Assembly (NCBI GenBank): GCA_034521595.1 | Contig: JAXHMG010000003.1 | Location: forward strand, 224,001 to 288,000 | Direction of reading: 5' to 3' | DNA: 64,000 bases | From: Gemmatimonadota bacterium | GTDB lineage: Bacteria > Gemmatimonadota > Gemmatimonadetes > Longimicrobiales > Gaopeijiaceae | Shown here: positions 46,916-56,563 of the stretch, one piece after another | How the letters are laid out: each line of letters opens with the position of its first letter | Numbering within the stretch: the first letter of the stretch is position 1 | Translations under genes and position numbers: made by a program | The notes under the pieces: model-generated | Told to the model about the DNA's origin: nothing | Seen by the model: the letters and a program-made list of their open reading frames with translations, nothing else | Databases searched by the model: none

Positions 46916-49366
46916 ATGAAGACAGTGGCTGCCCCTATCGCGGCGCTCGGTGCATTGGTGGTTGCCGTGGGTGGTGCGTGGGAGCCGTACTCGTCGGAAT
47001 CGGGCAACGAGCCCGACGACGAGCTCGCGGAGCAACCCCGAGTCGCCCAATCCGCGGCGACCGAGCAGGAAGTCATCGAGCAGTATTGCGTGCGCTGTCA
47101 CAGCGATCGCCGCATGCAGGGAAATCTGTCACTCGAAGACTTCGACGCGACCGCGCCCCATGAGCGAGCGCAGGTCGCCGAGAAGATGATCGTCAAGCTT
47201 CGTACCGGCATGATGCCGCCCCCCGGGGCGAACAGACCGGCGGGCGACACGTTGACGTCGCTCGTGCGGTCGATCGAGGAGCGAGTCGACCGGGCCGCAG
47301 CCGCCTCCCCGCAACCGGGCCAACGGACGTTCCAGCGCCTGAATCGGGTGGAGTACAGCCGCTCGATCGAAGACCTCTTGGGGCTCCAGATCGACGCCGG
47401 TGACTACCTCCCGCTCGATACCAAGGCCGACAACTTCGACAACATCGCGGACGTCCAGCTCCTGTCCCCGACGCTTCTCGATGCGTACATGAACGCGGCC
47501 GCCGAGATCAGCCGGCTGGCGGTCGGTGATCCGAACGCCGCGTATTCCGAGCGCACGTACACGGTGTCCGGCTACGTGTCACAGGACGAGCGCGTGGACG
47601 GGGCGCCGTTCGGAACGCGCGGGGGCGTCAGCATCGAGCACAACTTTCCGGCCGACGGGGACTACATCTTCACGATCGTACCGGAACACACGACGACGGG
47701 GAGCGGCTTCTTCGGGCAAATCGCCCGCTACCAACAAGTCGAGATCTCCATCAACGGTGAGAGGAAAGCGCTCCTCGATATCGATCAGTGGATGGATGTG
47801 GCCGATCCCGAAGGGATCTCGATGCGCACGCCCCCCATATTCGTGCCCGCGGGCCCGCAGAGGGTCACGGCCGCGTTCATCAAGCGGGCGGAAGGCCCGG
47901 CCGAGGACTTGCTTTCCCCTCACGATTGGACGCTGGCCGACCGGCACACCGGAATGGGGGGGTATGGCCTCAGGCTGCTTCCTCACATACGTGACCTGAT
48001 CGTGGCGGGGCCGCGGCGCGTCACGGGTGTGTCCGACAATCCCGTTCGGGACCGGATCTTCACCTGCCGCCCGGTCGAGCCCCGGGACGAGGAGCCGTGT
48101 GCCGAGCGGATCCTCACGGATCTCGCCGAGCAGGCATACCGTCGCCCGGTCGCGGAGCGAGATCGGGAGGCCCTGCTCCGGTTCTATGAGATGGGCGCGG
48201 AGGAAGGAGGCTTCGAAGTCGGTATCCGTACGGGGCTGCAGGCCCTCCTGGCCAGCCCCCACTTCATCTTCCGCTTCGAGGGGCCGGCGGATTCGGCCAC
48301 ACCGGGAGAGGCGTTCGAGATCAGCGACCAGGCGCTCGCGTCCCGGCTGTCGTTCTTCCTGTGGGGACGGCCGCCCGACGAAGAGCTCCGGAGCGTTGCC
48401 GCCGATGGTAGGCTCTCCAATGACGCCGAGCTCGAGCGCCAGGTGCGCCGTATGTTGGAGGATCCGCGCTCCGAGGCGCTCGCGACGCGATTCGCCGCGC
48501 AGTGGCTCCGGCTCCCCGACCTGGACAAGGTCCATCCCGACCAGTTCTGGTATCCGGACTACGATCAGCAGCTCGCCAACGCCATGCGTCGCGAGACCGA
48601 GCTCTTTTTCCACAGCCTGGTCCGCGAAGATCGGTCCGTTCTGGATCTCTACAACGCGGACTATACGTTCGTGAACGAGCGTCTCGCACGGCACTACGGA
48701 ATCGACGGGGTCGTCGGTGACCAGTTCAAACGGGTGCGTTATCCCGGAGAGCGGCGGCGGGGCATCCTCGGCCACGGGAGCGTCCTGACGCTGACGTCGC
48801 ACGCGGGGCGGACCTCCCCGGTATTGCGCGGGAAGTGGGTCATGGAGGTCCTCATGGGATCACCGCCCCCTCCTCCACCACCGGGTGTGCCGCCTCTCGA
48901 TGAGACCTCGGACCAGGTGACCGATGGTCGGGTGCTCACCACCAAGGAACGGATGGAGATGCACCGGGCCAATCCGACGTGTAACGCCTGTCATCGCTTC
49001 ATCGACCCCATAGGGCTCGCGCTCGACAACTTCGACGTCACGGGCAAGTGGCGGATCAAGGAGAACGGGGTGGAGCTGGACACCCGAGGCGAGCTCTACG
49101 ACGGCACGCCGGTCGATAGCCCCGGGGCGCTCACCGAAGCGCTTCTGAGCCGACCGATCCCGCTCCTGCGGACGTTTACCGAGAACCTCATGGCATATGC
49201 TCTGGGACGTCTGGTGGAGTATCGGGACCAACCGACGGTGCGCCACATCGTGAGCGAAGCCGAGAAGAAAGATTACCGGATGTCTGCGTTCATTCTCGGT
49301 GTGGTGAAGAGTGACGCGTTCCGGATGCAGGGAGCCGGAACCGCGACGGACGACGCGGCGAACTAA
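46916..49366 (+). CDS. DUF1592-family diheme cytochrome c protein (DUF1587/1595/1592/1588/1585 architecture), copy 1
   Basis: Signal peptide; CVRCH...GMMPP; FQRLNRVEY; ASRLSFFLW; TSPVLRGKWV; CNACH; LMAYALGR. Confidence 0.9.
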   Translation: MKTVAAPIAALGALVVAVGGAWEPYSSESGNEPDDELAEQPRVAQSAATEQEVIEQYCVRCHSDRRMQGNLSLEDFDATAPHERAQVAEKMIVKLRTGMMPPPGANRPAGDTLTSLVRSIEERVDRAAAASPQPGQRTFQRLNRVEYSRSIEDLLGLQIDAGDYLPLDTKADNFDNIADVQLLSPTLLDAYMNAAAEISRLAVGDPNAAYSERTYTVSGYVSQDERVDGAPFGTRGGVSIEHNFPADGDYIFTIVPEHTTTGSGFFGQIARYQQVEISINGERKALLDIDQWMDVADPEGISMRTPPIFVPAGPQRVTAAFIKRAEGPAEDLLSPHDWTLADRHTGMGGYGLRLLPHIRDLIVAGPRRVTGVSDNPVRDRIFTCRPVEPRDEEPCAERILTDLAEQAYRRPVAERDREALLRFYEMGAEEGGFEVGIRTGLQALLASPHFIFRFEGPADSATPGEAFEISDQALASRLSFFLWGRPPDEELRSVAADGRLSNDAELERQVRRMLEDPRSEALATRFAAQWLRLPDLDKVHPDQFWYPDYDQQLANAMRRETELFFHSLVREDRSVLDLYNADYTFVNERLARHYGIDGVVGDQFKRVRYPGERRRGILGHGSVLTLTSHAGRTSPVLRGKWVMEVLMGSPPPPPPPGVPPLDETSDQVTDGRVLTTKERMEMHRANPTCNACHRFIDPIGLALDNFDVTGKWRIKENGVELDTRGELYDGTPVDSPGALTEALLSRPIPLLRTFTENLMAYALGRLVEYRDQPTVRHIVSEAEKKDYRMSAFILGVVKSDAFRMQGAGTATDDAAN

Positions 49367-49386
49367 CTTCAGGAGGCCCCGAGGTC

Positions 49387-50784
49387 ATGGAATTCATCAC
49401 TGGAAAGCGACTCGAGCGACGCACCTTCCTCAAAGGGATGGGCGCCACCGTGGCTTTGCCGCTGCTCGACGCCATGGTTCCCGCTGGACGCGGGTGGTCG
49501 CAGGACGATCCGACGCGCTTCGTCGCGATCGAGTTGGTCCATGGAGCGGCCGGCTGCAACGAGTGGGGTGCGACCCAGAACCTTTGGGCGCCCGCAGACG
49601 TGGGGTCGAACTTCGATCTGAGCCCGAGCTCGCTCAGCCCGCTCGACCCGTGGCGTGACTATCTGACGATCGTGAGCAACACGGACGTGCGCATGGCCGA
49701 GGCGTACGCGCCCGGTGAGATCGGGGCGGACCACTTCCGCTCCAGCGCCGTGTTCCTCACCCAGGCGCATCCCAAGCAGACCCGAGGGTCCGATGTGTTC
49801 GTCGGAACCTCGATGGACCAGATCTACGCCAACCGCTTCGGGCAAGATACGCCGATTCCCTCGATGCAGCTTTGCATTGAGAACGTTGATCAATCCGGCG
49901 GGTGCGCGTACGGGTACTCGTGCGTCTATACCGACTCCATCAGTTGGGCGGCTCCCGACGAGCCCCTACCGCTCATTCGCGATCCGCGCGTAGCGTTCGA
50001 GATGCTCTTCGGAGCGGGCGCCACGCCGGAAGAGAGAGCGCGGCGTCGACGGACCAACCACAGCATTCTCGACTGGATCGGAGACGAGGTCGCCTACCTG
50101 AAGCGGGAGCTCGGACCGAACGATCACCGCCGACTCGACCGCTATCTGGAAAACGTGCGTGAGCTCGAGCGCAGGATCGAGGGCGTCGAGGCGCAGAACC
50201 AGAGCGGAGAGACGAGGGAGCTCCCCGAAGCACCTGCCGGCGTCCCCGATTCGTTCGAGGAGCACATGCGCCTGATGTTCGACATCCAGGCCCTCGCGTT
50301 CGCTTCCGACATGACACGCGTGTTTTCGTTCAAGACGGGTCGGGACGCCTCGGGGCGCGTGTATCCGGAAAGTGGCACGGACAAGCCGTTCCATCCGGCC
50401 TCCCACCATGGCGGCCAGGAGGAGGCGATCCTCGACTTCGCCAAGATCAATACGTATCACGTGAGCATGCTCCCGTACTTCCTCACGAAGCTGAAAGACC
50501 TCGAGGAGGGAGATGGAACCATGCTCGATAAGACGATGATCCTCCTCGGCTCGCCGATGGGTGACCCGAACGTCCACAACCATCGCCGTTGTCCCCTCGT
50601 GACCTTGGGTAAGGCGAACGGACAGCTACAAGGGAACGTGCACTTGAAGGCTCCGGACGGGACGCCGATGGCGAACGTCATGCTGAGCCTGATGCACCGT
50701 CTCGGTATGGACGATATGCACAGCTTCGGGGACAGCACGGGCGAGTTGTCGCTCTCTGCACCTTCTCACGCTTCGGCGATGTGA
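49387..50784 (+). CDS. DUF1552 (HXXSHH) protein, copy 1
   Basis: ERRTFLKG twin-Arg; DHFRS; CAYGYSCVY; HPASHH; HNHRRCP. Confidence 0.9.
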   Translation: MEFITGKRLERRTFLKGMGATVALPLLDAMVPAGRGWSQDDPTRFVAIELVHGAAGCNEWGATQNLWAPADVGSNFDLSPSSLSPLDPWRDYLTIVSNTDVRMAEAYAPGEIGADHFRSSAVFLTQAHPKQTRGSDVFVGTSMDQIYANRFGQDTPIPSMQLCIENVDQSGGCAYGYSCVYTDSISWAAPDEPLPLIRDPRVAFEMLFGAGATPEERARRRRTNHSILDWIGDEVAYLKRELGPNDHRRLDRYLENVRELERRIEGVEAQNQSGETRELPEAPAGVPDSFEEHMRLMFDIQALAFASDMTRVFSFKTGRDASGRVYPESGTDKPFHPASHHGGQEEAILDFAKINTYHVSMLPYFLTKLKDLEEGDGTMLDKTMILLGSPMGDPNVHNHRRCPLVTLGKANGQLQGNVHLKAPDGTPMANVMLSLMHRLGMDDMHSFGDSTGELSLSAPSHASAM

Positions 50785-50788
50785 CGAG

Positions 50789-52585
50789 ATGATGTTCGGA
50801 CGAATTCGTCATCCGATGAAACGAATCCGGGCGCCGCTCGTGGTGCTCGGCGCGCTGGTGTTGTGGGGAAGCGTCCCACCGGACGCCCCGCTCGCCGACG
50901 CGGCGATGGAGGACGATGCTGCCCGCGTGGTAGAGCTCCTCGAGTCCGGGGCGGACGTCAACGCCGCACAGGGCGACGGGATGACGGCGCTCCATTGGGC
51001 CGCGTATAACGGGCGAGCCGAGCTCGTGGAGACGCTCCTGAGTGCCGGAGCGAACATCGATCCCGTGACGCGGATCGGGAGCTATACACCGCTCCACCAC
51101 GCCGCCCGCAACGGGTACGCGGACGTCGTGGATGCGCTGTTGGCCGCGGGAGCGAATCCGGAAGCACGCACGTCGACTGGGGGGGCTAGCCCCCTCCATC
51201 TGGCCGCGGCCGCCGGACGCGAAGCGGCCGTGGAGAGCCTCGTGCGAGCCGGGGCCGAGGTCGATGCGCGTGAAGAACGATGGGGCCAAACCCCTCTCAT
51301 CTTCGCCGCCTCGGCCGGCCGGACGTCGGCCGTTCGGACCCTCATGGATCTTGGAGCGGACCCGTCTTTGACGACGAACGTGGTCGACATCCCCGAGAAG
51401 GAGGCCGTCGACCGAGCCGCCGGGGAGGTCCGGGACCAGATCCTCGAGACGTTCCGTGAACAGGCGGAGGACGAGAGCTCGTGGCGCCCGGATCCCAGTC
51501 AGGTGAAAGCGGCCGTACAGGCGGCGCAAGATGTGCAGAAGGCTGGGACGGTGTCGGGCGACACGTCCGAGCGCGACACCTCCGACGACGCGTTCGTCGG
51601 CTACACCGGATTGGTCGGCACGCAGGGCGGCTTGACCGCCCTCCTGCATGCCGTTCGTGAAGGACATGCCGAGACGGCCATCGCGCTGATCGAGGGTGGG
51701 GCCGAGGTGAATCGGCGGAGTGCCGGAGACGAGACTCCCCCGTTGTTGATGGCCACCATCAACGGGCACTTCGATCTCGCGCTAGAGTTGCTCGTGCGAG
51801 GGGCCGACCCGAATCTCGCGAGCGTGGCGGGTGCCACGCCCCTGTACACCGCGCTGAATACCCAGTGGGCCCCGAAGGCTCGTTATCCCCAACAGCAGGC
51901 CTACCAGCAGCAGGAAGCGAGCTACCTCGATGTCATGGAGGCGCTGCTCGAGGCGGGTGCGGACCCGAACGTCCGGCTGCGGCAGCATCTCTGGTACATG
52001 TCTTACACGTTCGATCTGCTCGGCGTGAACGTGGCGGGCTCCACGCCATTCTGGCGTGCGGCGTACGCGACTGACGCCGAGGCCATGCGCCTCCTCGTGG
52101 AGCACGGCGCAGATCCGGACATTCCCACGCGAAAGCCTCCCGAGCGGCGGCGAGGGGACGAGGAGTCCGAGGAGGAGGATCCTTCGGGATTGCCCCCCGT
52201 GCCGGTTGGAGGACCTGCCGTGTGGCCCATCCACGCGGCGGCCGGTGTCGGATACGGACAGGGGTTCGCCGGGAACGCGCACCGACATGTGCCCGACGGC
52301 TGGATGCCGGCGATGCGCTACTTGGTCGAGGACCTCGGCGTGGACGTGAACGTTCGAGACCACGACGGCTACAACGCCGTTCACCATGCGGCCGCGCGCG
52401 GGCACGACGAGATGATCCGGTTCCTGGTCGAGCACGGAGCGGACGTGACGGCCGTGAGCCGAGAAGGCCAGACGACGGCGGACATGGCCAATGGGCCCGT
52501 CCAGCGTATCAGTCCCTTCCCGTCGACGATCCGCTTACTCGAGAGCCTCGGGTCCGAGAACAACGACAATTGTGTCTCGTGCTGA
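50789..52585 (+). CDS. Exported ankyrin-repeat protein with C-terminal CVSC, copy 1
   Basis: Signal-like N-terminus; many GMTALHWAA/TPLH repeats; ends NCVSC. Confidence 0.92.
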   Translation: MMFGRIRHPMKRIRAPLVVLGALVLWGSVPPDAPLADAAMEDDAARVVELLESGADVNAAQGDGMTALHWAAYNGRAELVETLLSAGANIDPVTRIGSYTPLHHAARNGYADVVDALLAAGANPEARTSTGGASPLHLAAAAGREAAVESLVRAGAEVDAREERWGQTPLIFAASAGRTSAVRTLMDLGADPSLTTNVVDIPEKEAVDRAAGEVRDQILETFREQAEDESSWRPDPSQVKAAVQAAQDVQKAGTVSGDTSERDTSDDAFVGYTGLVGTQGGLTALLHAVREGHAETAIALIEGGAEVNRRSAGDETPPLLMATINGHFDLALELLVRGADPNLASVAGATPLYTALNTQWAPKARYPQQQAYQQQEASYLDVMEALLEAGADPNVRLRQHLWYMSYTFDLLGVNVAGSTPFWRAAYATDAEAMRLLVEHGADPDIPTRKPPERRRGDEESEEEDPSGLPPVPVGGPAVWPIHAAAGVGYGQGFAGNAHRHVPDGWMPAMRYLVEDLGVDVNVRDHDGYNAVHHAAARGHDEMIRFLVEHGADVTAVSREGQTTADMANGPVQRISPFPSTIRLLESLGSENNDNCVSC

Positions 52586-52613
52586 CTGAAGCACACCGAA
52601 GGAGATAGGTATC

Positions 52614-55103
52614 TTGAAGACGCTCATCACCGTTATCGCGACCTCGGGCACGCTTCTTACGTATACGGCCCTGGCGTCCGGACCGGTCGAATCGGTCGAT
52701 CGGTCCGATGGCGATGTGGTGGGCGGAATCGAAGTGGCGGAGACGTCCGGCCACGGGGCGTTGGATGACCCGGCTGCCGAGAACGAGCTCATCGACCGCT
52801 ACTGCGTGCGGTGTCACAGCGAGCGGCGCATGCAAGGGAACATGTCCCTCGAGTCGTTCGATGCGGGCACCCCGTTCGAGGATCCGGTCCTCTCCGAGAA
52901 GATGGTCGTGAAGCTCCGGGCCGAGATGATGCCGCCCCCGGGCGCGAACCGACCCGCCGGAGATTCGCTGACCGCGCTCGTGGAATCTCTGGAGCAGCGG
53001 CTCGATTCGGCGGCGTTCGCCGATCCCAATCCGGGGGGGCGGACCTTCCAACGCTTGAACCGCGCGGAGTACGAGCGTTCCGTGCGTGACCTGCTCGGTC
53101 TCGAGATCGACGCCGGTGAATACCTGCCGCTGGACACGAAGAGCAACAACTTCGACAACATCGCCGACGTGCAGATGGTCTCGCCGACCCTGCTCGACTC
53201 GTATCTGACCGCGGCCGCGGAAGTAAGCAGACTCGCTGTGGGGAATCCCAACGCCAGCCCCTCCGAGCACCAGTACCGCATTCCACGCTGGGTGTCCCAG
53301 ACCGAGCGGGTCGAGGGAGCGCCGTTCGGCACGAGGGGCGGAATCTCGGTCAACCATGTGTTCCCGGCGGACGGGGAGTACGTGTTCCGTTTCTCCTTGC
53401 ACCACGAGACCACGGGCACCGCAGTGGGCAACGGGCGGTCATCGCTCGCCACGCCGGACGATCCCGAGCAGGTCGAAATCTCTATCGACGGTGAGCGGGT
53501 CGCCCTGTTGGACATGGATCGCTGGATGCACGTGTCGAACCCTGAAGGCGTCGAGATGGAGACGGAGTCGATCTCCGTCACCGCCGGCCCGAAGCAGGTG
53601 AGCGCGGCGTTCGTGAAGCGTCAGGAAGGACCGGTACAGGATCTGGTGCGGCCGCACGACTGGTCGCTCGCCAGCACGGCGATCGCGGGCGAGTACGGGG
53701 TGCTGTCATTGCCGCATATGCGTGACTTCGTGATCGCGGGGCCCTGGAACGTGACGGGCGTCTCCGATCACCCGGTGCGGGAGCAGATCTTTTCCTGCTA
53801 TCCCGAGCGTCCGGAAGAAGAGCGGCCATGCGCGAAAGAGATCATCGAGCGTCTCGGATCCCGGGCGTTCCGGCGCCCACTGACCGACGATGACCGGACG
53901 GCGCTCCTCCGCTTCTTCGAGATGGGCGTGGAGGAAGGTGGCTTCGACATCGGAATCCGGACGGCGCTCGAGGCCATTTTGGCCAGCCCGCACTTCGTGT
54001 TCCGGTTCGAAGAGGCTCCCGGTTCGGTCGAGACGGGAGATTCGTACCGCATCAACGACGTGGATCTGGCCGCGCGCCTCTCGTACTTCCTCTGGGGGCT
54101 GCCACCGGACCAGGAGCTCATGTCGCTGGCGACCGCCGAGCGGCTATCCGATCCGGAGACGCTCGAGGCACAGGTGCGTCGCATGCTGCAGGATCCAAGA
54201 GCCGAGGCGTTGAGCACGCGGTTCGCGTCGCAGTGGCTCCGGTTGCAGGACCTGGAGAAGGTACATCCGGACGTGCGCATGGCTCCGGATTACCATCAGC
54301 AGTTGGCGGACGCCATGCTCGAGGAGACGCAGCGCTTCTTCACGCACCTCGTGCGGGAAGACCGGAGCATGTTCGAGCTGTACACGGCGGACTACACCTT
54401 CGTGAACGAGCGCCTGGCGCGACACTACGACATACCGGGCGTGACTGGTGACGATTTCCGGAAGGTGCAGTACCCCTACGACTACCGCCGGGGCATCCTC
54501 GGGCACGGGAGCATCCTGACGCTGACGTCCCACGCGGGGCGCACCTCACCCGTTCTTCGCGGCAAGTGGATCATGGAAGTCGTCATGGGCACACCTCCAC
54601 CACCGCCTCCCCCGGGAGTGCCTCCCTTGGACGAGACATCGGACGAGGCGTCCGAGGGCCGGATGCTCACGACCAAGGAGCGCATGGAGATGCACCGGGC
54701 CAACCCGACGTGCAACGCGTGTCACCGGTTCATCGATCCGCTCGGCCTGGCGCTCGATAGCTACGATATGACCGGAAAGTGGCGGATCAAGGAGAACGGA
54801 GTGCGGCTCGAAACGAGCGGTGAGCTCTACGACGGGACACCGATCACGGGGCCCCGTGAGCTGCAAGAGGCGTTGCTCGACCGGCCTGTTCTGCTGCTCC
54901 GCTCGTTCACGTCGAACCTGATGGCGTACGCGCTGGGTCGGCGGGTGGAGCACTTCGACCAGCCGACGATCCGCAAGATCGTACGCGAGGCGGCTGAAGA
55001 GGATTACAGCATCTCGGCGTTCGTGCTCGGGGTGGTGAAGAGCGACGCCTTCCAGATGCAGCGCGCGGGCGCGGTAGCCACCGACGCGGCCAATCAGGAC
55101 TGA
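52614..55103 (+). CDS. DUF1592-family diheme cytochrome c protein, copy 2 (TTG start)
   Basis: Same motifs as copy 1; AGGAG upstream. Confidence 0.9.
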   Translation: MKTLITVIATSGTLLTYTALASGPVESVDRSDGDVVGGIEVAETSGHGALDDPAAENELIDRYCVRCHSERRMQGNMSLESFDAGTPFEDPVLSEKMVVKLRAEMMPPPGANRPAGDSLTALVESLEQRLDSAAFADPNPGGRTFQRLNRAEYERSVRDLLGLEIDAGEYLPLDTKSNNFDNIADVQMVSPTLLDSYLTAAAEVSRLAVGNPNASPSEHQYRIPRWVSQTERVEGAPFGTRGGISVNHVFPADGEYVFRFSLHHETTGTAVGNGRSSLATPDDPEQVEISIDGERVALLDMDRWMHVSNPEGVEMETESISVTAGPKQVSAAFVKRQEGPVQDLVRPHDWSLASTAIAGEYGVLSLPHMRDFVIAGPWNVTGVSDHPVREQIFSCYPERPEEERPCAKEIIERLGSRAFRRPLTDDDRTALLRFFEMGVEEGGFDIGIRTALEAILASPHFVFRFEEAPGSVETGDSYRINDVDLAARLSYFLWGLPPDQELMSLATAERLSDPETLEAQVRRMLQDPRAEALSTRFASQWLRLQDLEKVHPDVRMAPDYHQQLADAMLEETQRFFTHLVREDRSMFELYTADYTFVNERLARHYDIPGVTGDDFRKVQYPYDYRRGILGHGSILTLTSHAGRTSPVLRGKWIMEVVMGTPPPPPPPGVPPLDETSDEASEGRMLTTKERMEMHRANPTCNACHRFIDPLGLALDSYDMTGKWRIKENGVRLETSGELYDGTPITGPRELQEALLDRPVLLLRSFTSNLMAYALGRRVEHFDQPTIRKIVREAAEEDYSISAFVLGVVKSDAFQMQRAGAVATDAANQD

Positions 55104-55147
55104 ACAGGAACGACACCAAGTAGACGACTACGGGAGACGGACGAACC

Positions 55148-56563
55148 ATGGATTTCATTACCGGCAAGAAGATCGAACGGCGCACTTTCTTGAAAGGCGC
55201 CGGCGCGACGGTGTCGCTTCCTTTCCTCGATGCCATGGTTCCGGCCGGGCGCCGTAGTGCCGAGGCGATGGCCGAGTTGGATCGGACTCGCCTCGTGGCG
55301 ATCGAGCTCGTGCACGGGTGCGCGGGAAGCAACGAATGGGGCGCTTCCCAGAACCTCTGGGCTCCGGCGAGCGTGGGGCGGGACTTTGACCTGTCCCCGA
55401 GCTCGTTGAGCCCGCTCGATCCATGGCGCGACTACCTGACGATCATCAGCAACACCGATGTGCGCATGGCGGAAGCCTTCGAGCCCAACGAGATCGGCGG
55501 CGACCACTTCCGCTCGAGTGCGGTCTTCCTGACGCAGTCCCATCCGAAGCAGACGGAGAGCTCGGACGTCTTCGTAGGCACGTCCATGGATCAGCTCTAC
55601 GCCCAACGATTCGGTCAGGACACGCCGATCCCGTCGATGCAGCTCTGTATCGAGAACGTGGACCAGTCGGGCGGGTGCGCGTACGGATATTCATGCGTGT
55701 ACACGGATTCGTTGAGCTGGGCGTCGCCGACGGAGCCGCTCCCGATGGTGCGGGACCCGCGGGTCGCGTTCGACATGCTGTTCGGAGCGGGGGGCACGCC
55801 CGAGGAACGCGCGCTTCGTCGGCGGACCAGCAGCAGCATCTTGGACTGGATCAACGACGACATGCGGAGCCTGCGCCGCGAGCTCGGTTCCAACGATCAC
55901 GAGCGCCTGGATCGTTACCTCGACAATGTGCGCGAGATCGAGCGTCGTATTCAGGGGATCGAGGCCCAGAACAGCAGCGGAGAGATGCGAGAGCTTCCGG
56001 AAGCCCCTGCCGGGGTGCCGGATTCGTTCTCGGAGCACATGCGCCTCATGTTCGACCTCCAAGCACTGGCGTTCGCGTCGGACATGACGCGTGCATTCGC
56101 GTTCAAGACGGGTCGCGACGCTTCAGCGCGTGTCTATCCGGAAAGCGGCACGGACACGCCGTTCCATCCGGCTTCGCACCACGGCGGAAATGAAGAGCAG
56201 GTGTTGGACTTCGCCAAGATCAACACGTACCACGTCAGCATGCTGCCCTACTTCCTCGAGAAGCTCAGCGAGATCCAGGAAGGCGACAGCAACATGCTCG
56301 ACAAGACGATGATCGTGTTCGGATCGCCCATGGCGGACGGAAACCTGCATAACCACCGGCGCTGCCCGTTGGTCGTGCTCGGGAAGGGCAACGGGCAGCT
56401 GGACGGAAACCTGCATCTGCGCGCGCCGGATGGTACGCCCATGGCCAACGGCATGCTGAGCCTGATGCACAAGCTGGGCATGGACGACATGCACAGCTTC
56501 GGGGACAGCACGGGCGAGATGTCGCTCACCATGCCGAAATCCGCATTTTCAACGACGGGGTGA
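55148..56563 (+). CDS. DUF1552 (HXXSHH) protein, copy 2
   Basis: ERRTFLKG, CAYGYSCVY, HPASHH and HNHRRCP motifs. Confidence 0.9.
   Translation: MDFITGKKIERRTFLKGAGATVSLPFLDAMVPAGRRSAEAMAELDRTRLVAIELVHGCAGSNEWGASQNLWAPASVGRDFDLSPSSLSPLDPWRDYLTIISNTDVRMAEAFEPNEIGGDHFRSSAVFLTQSHPKQTESSDVFVGTSMDQLYAQRFGQDTPIPSMQLCIENVDQSGGCAYGYSCVYTDSLSWASPTEPLPMVRDPRVAFDMLFGAGGTPEERALRRRTSSSILDWINDDMRSLRRELGSNDHERLDRYLDNVREIERRIQGIEAQNSSGEMRELPEAPAGVPDSFSEHMRLMFDLQALAFASDMTRAFAFKTGRDASARVYPESGTDTPFHPASHHGGNEEQVLDFAKINTYHVSMLPYFLEKLSEIQEGDSNMLDKTMIVFGSPMADGNLHNHRRCPLVVLGKGNGQLDGNLHLRAPDGTPMANGMLSLMHKLGMDDMHSFGDSTGEMSLTMPKSAFSTTG

Noticed and set aside
48861-48895. Poly-proline tract PPPPPPPGVPP as a simple-sequence repeat or phase-variation site
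   Set aside because: It is encoded by mixed codons and conserved in all three copies, so it is a protein motif.
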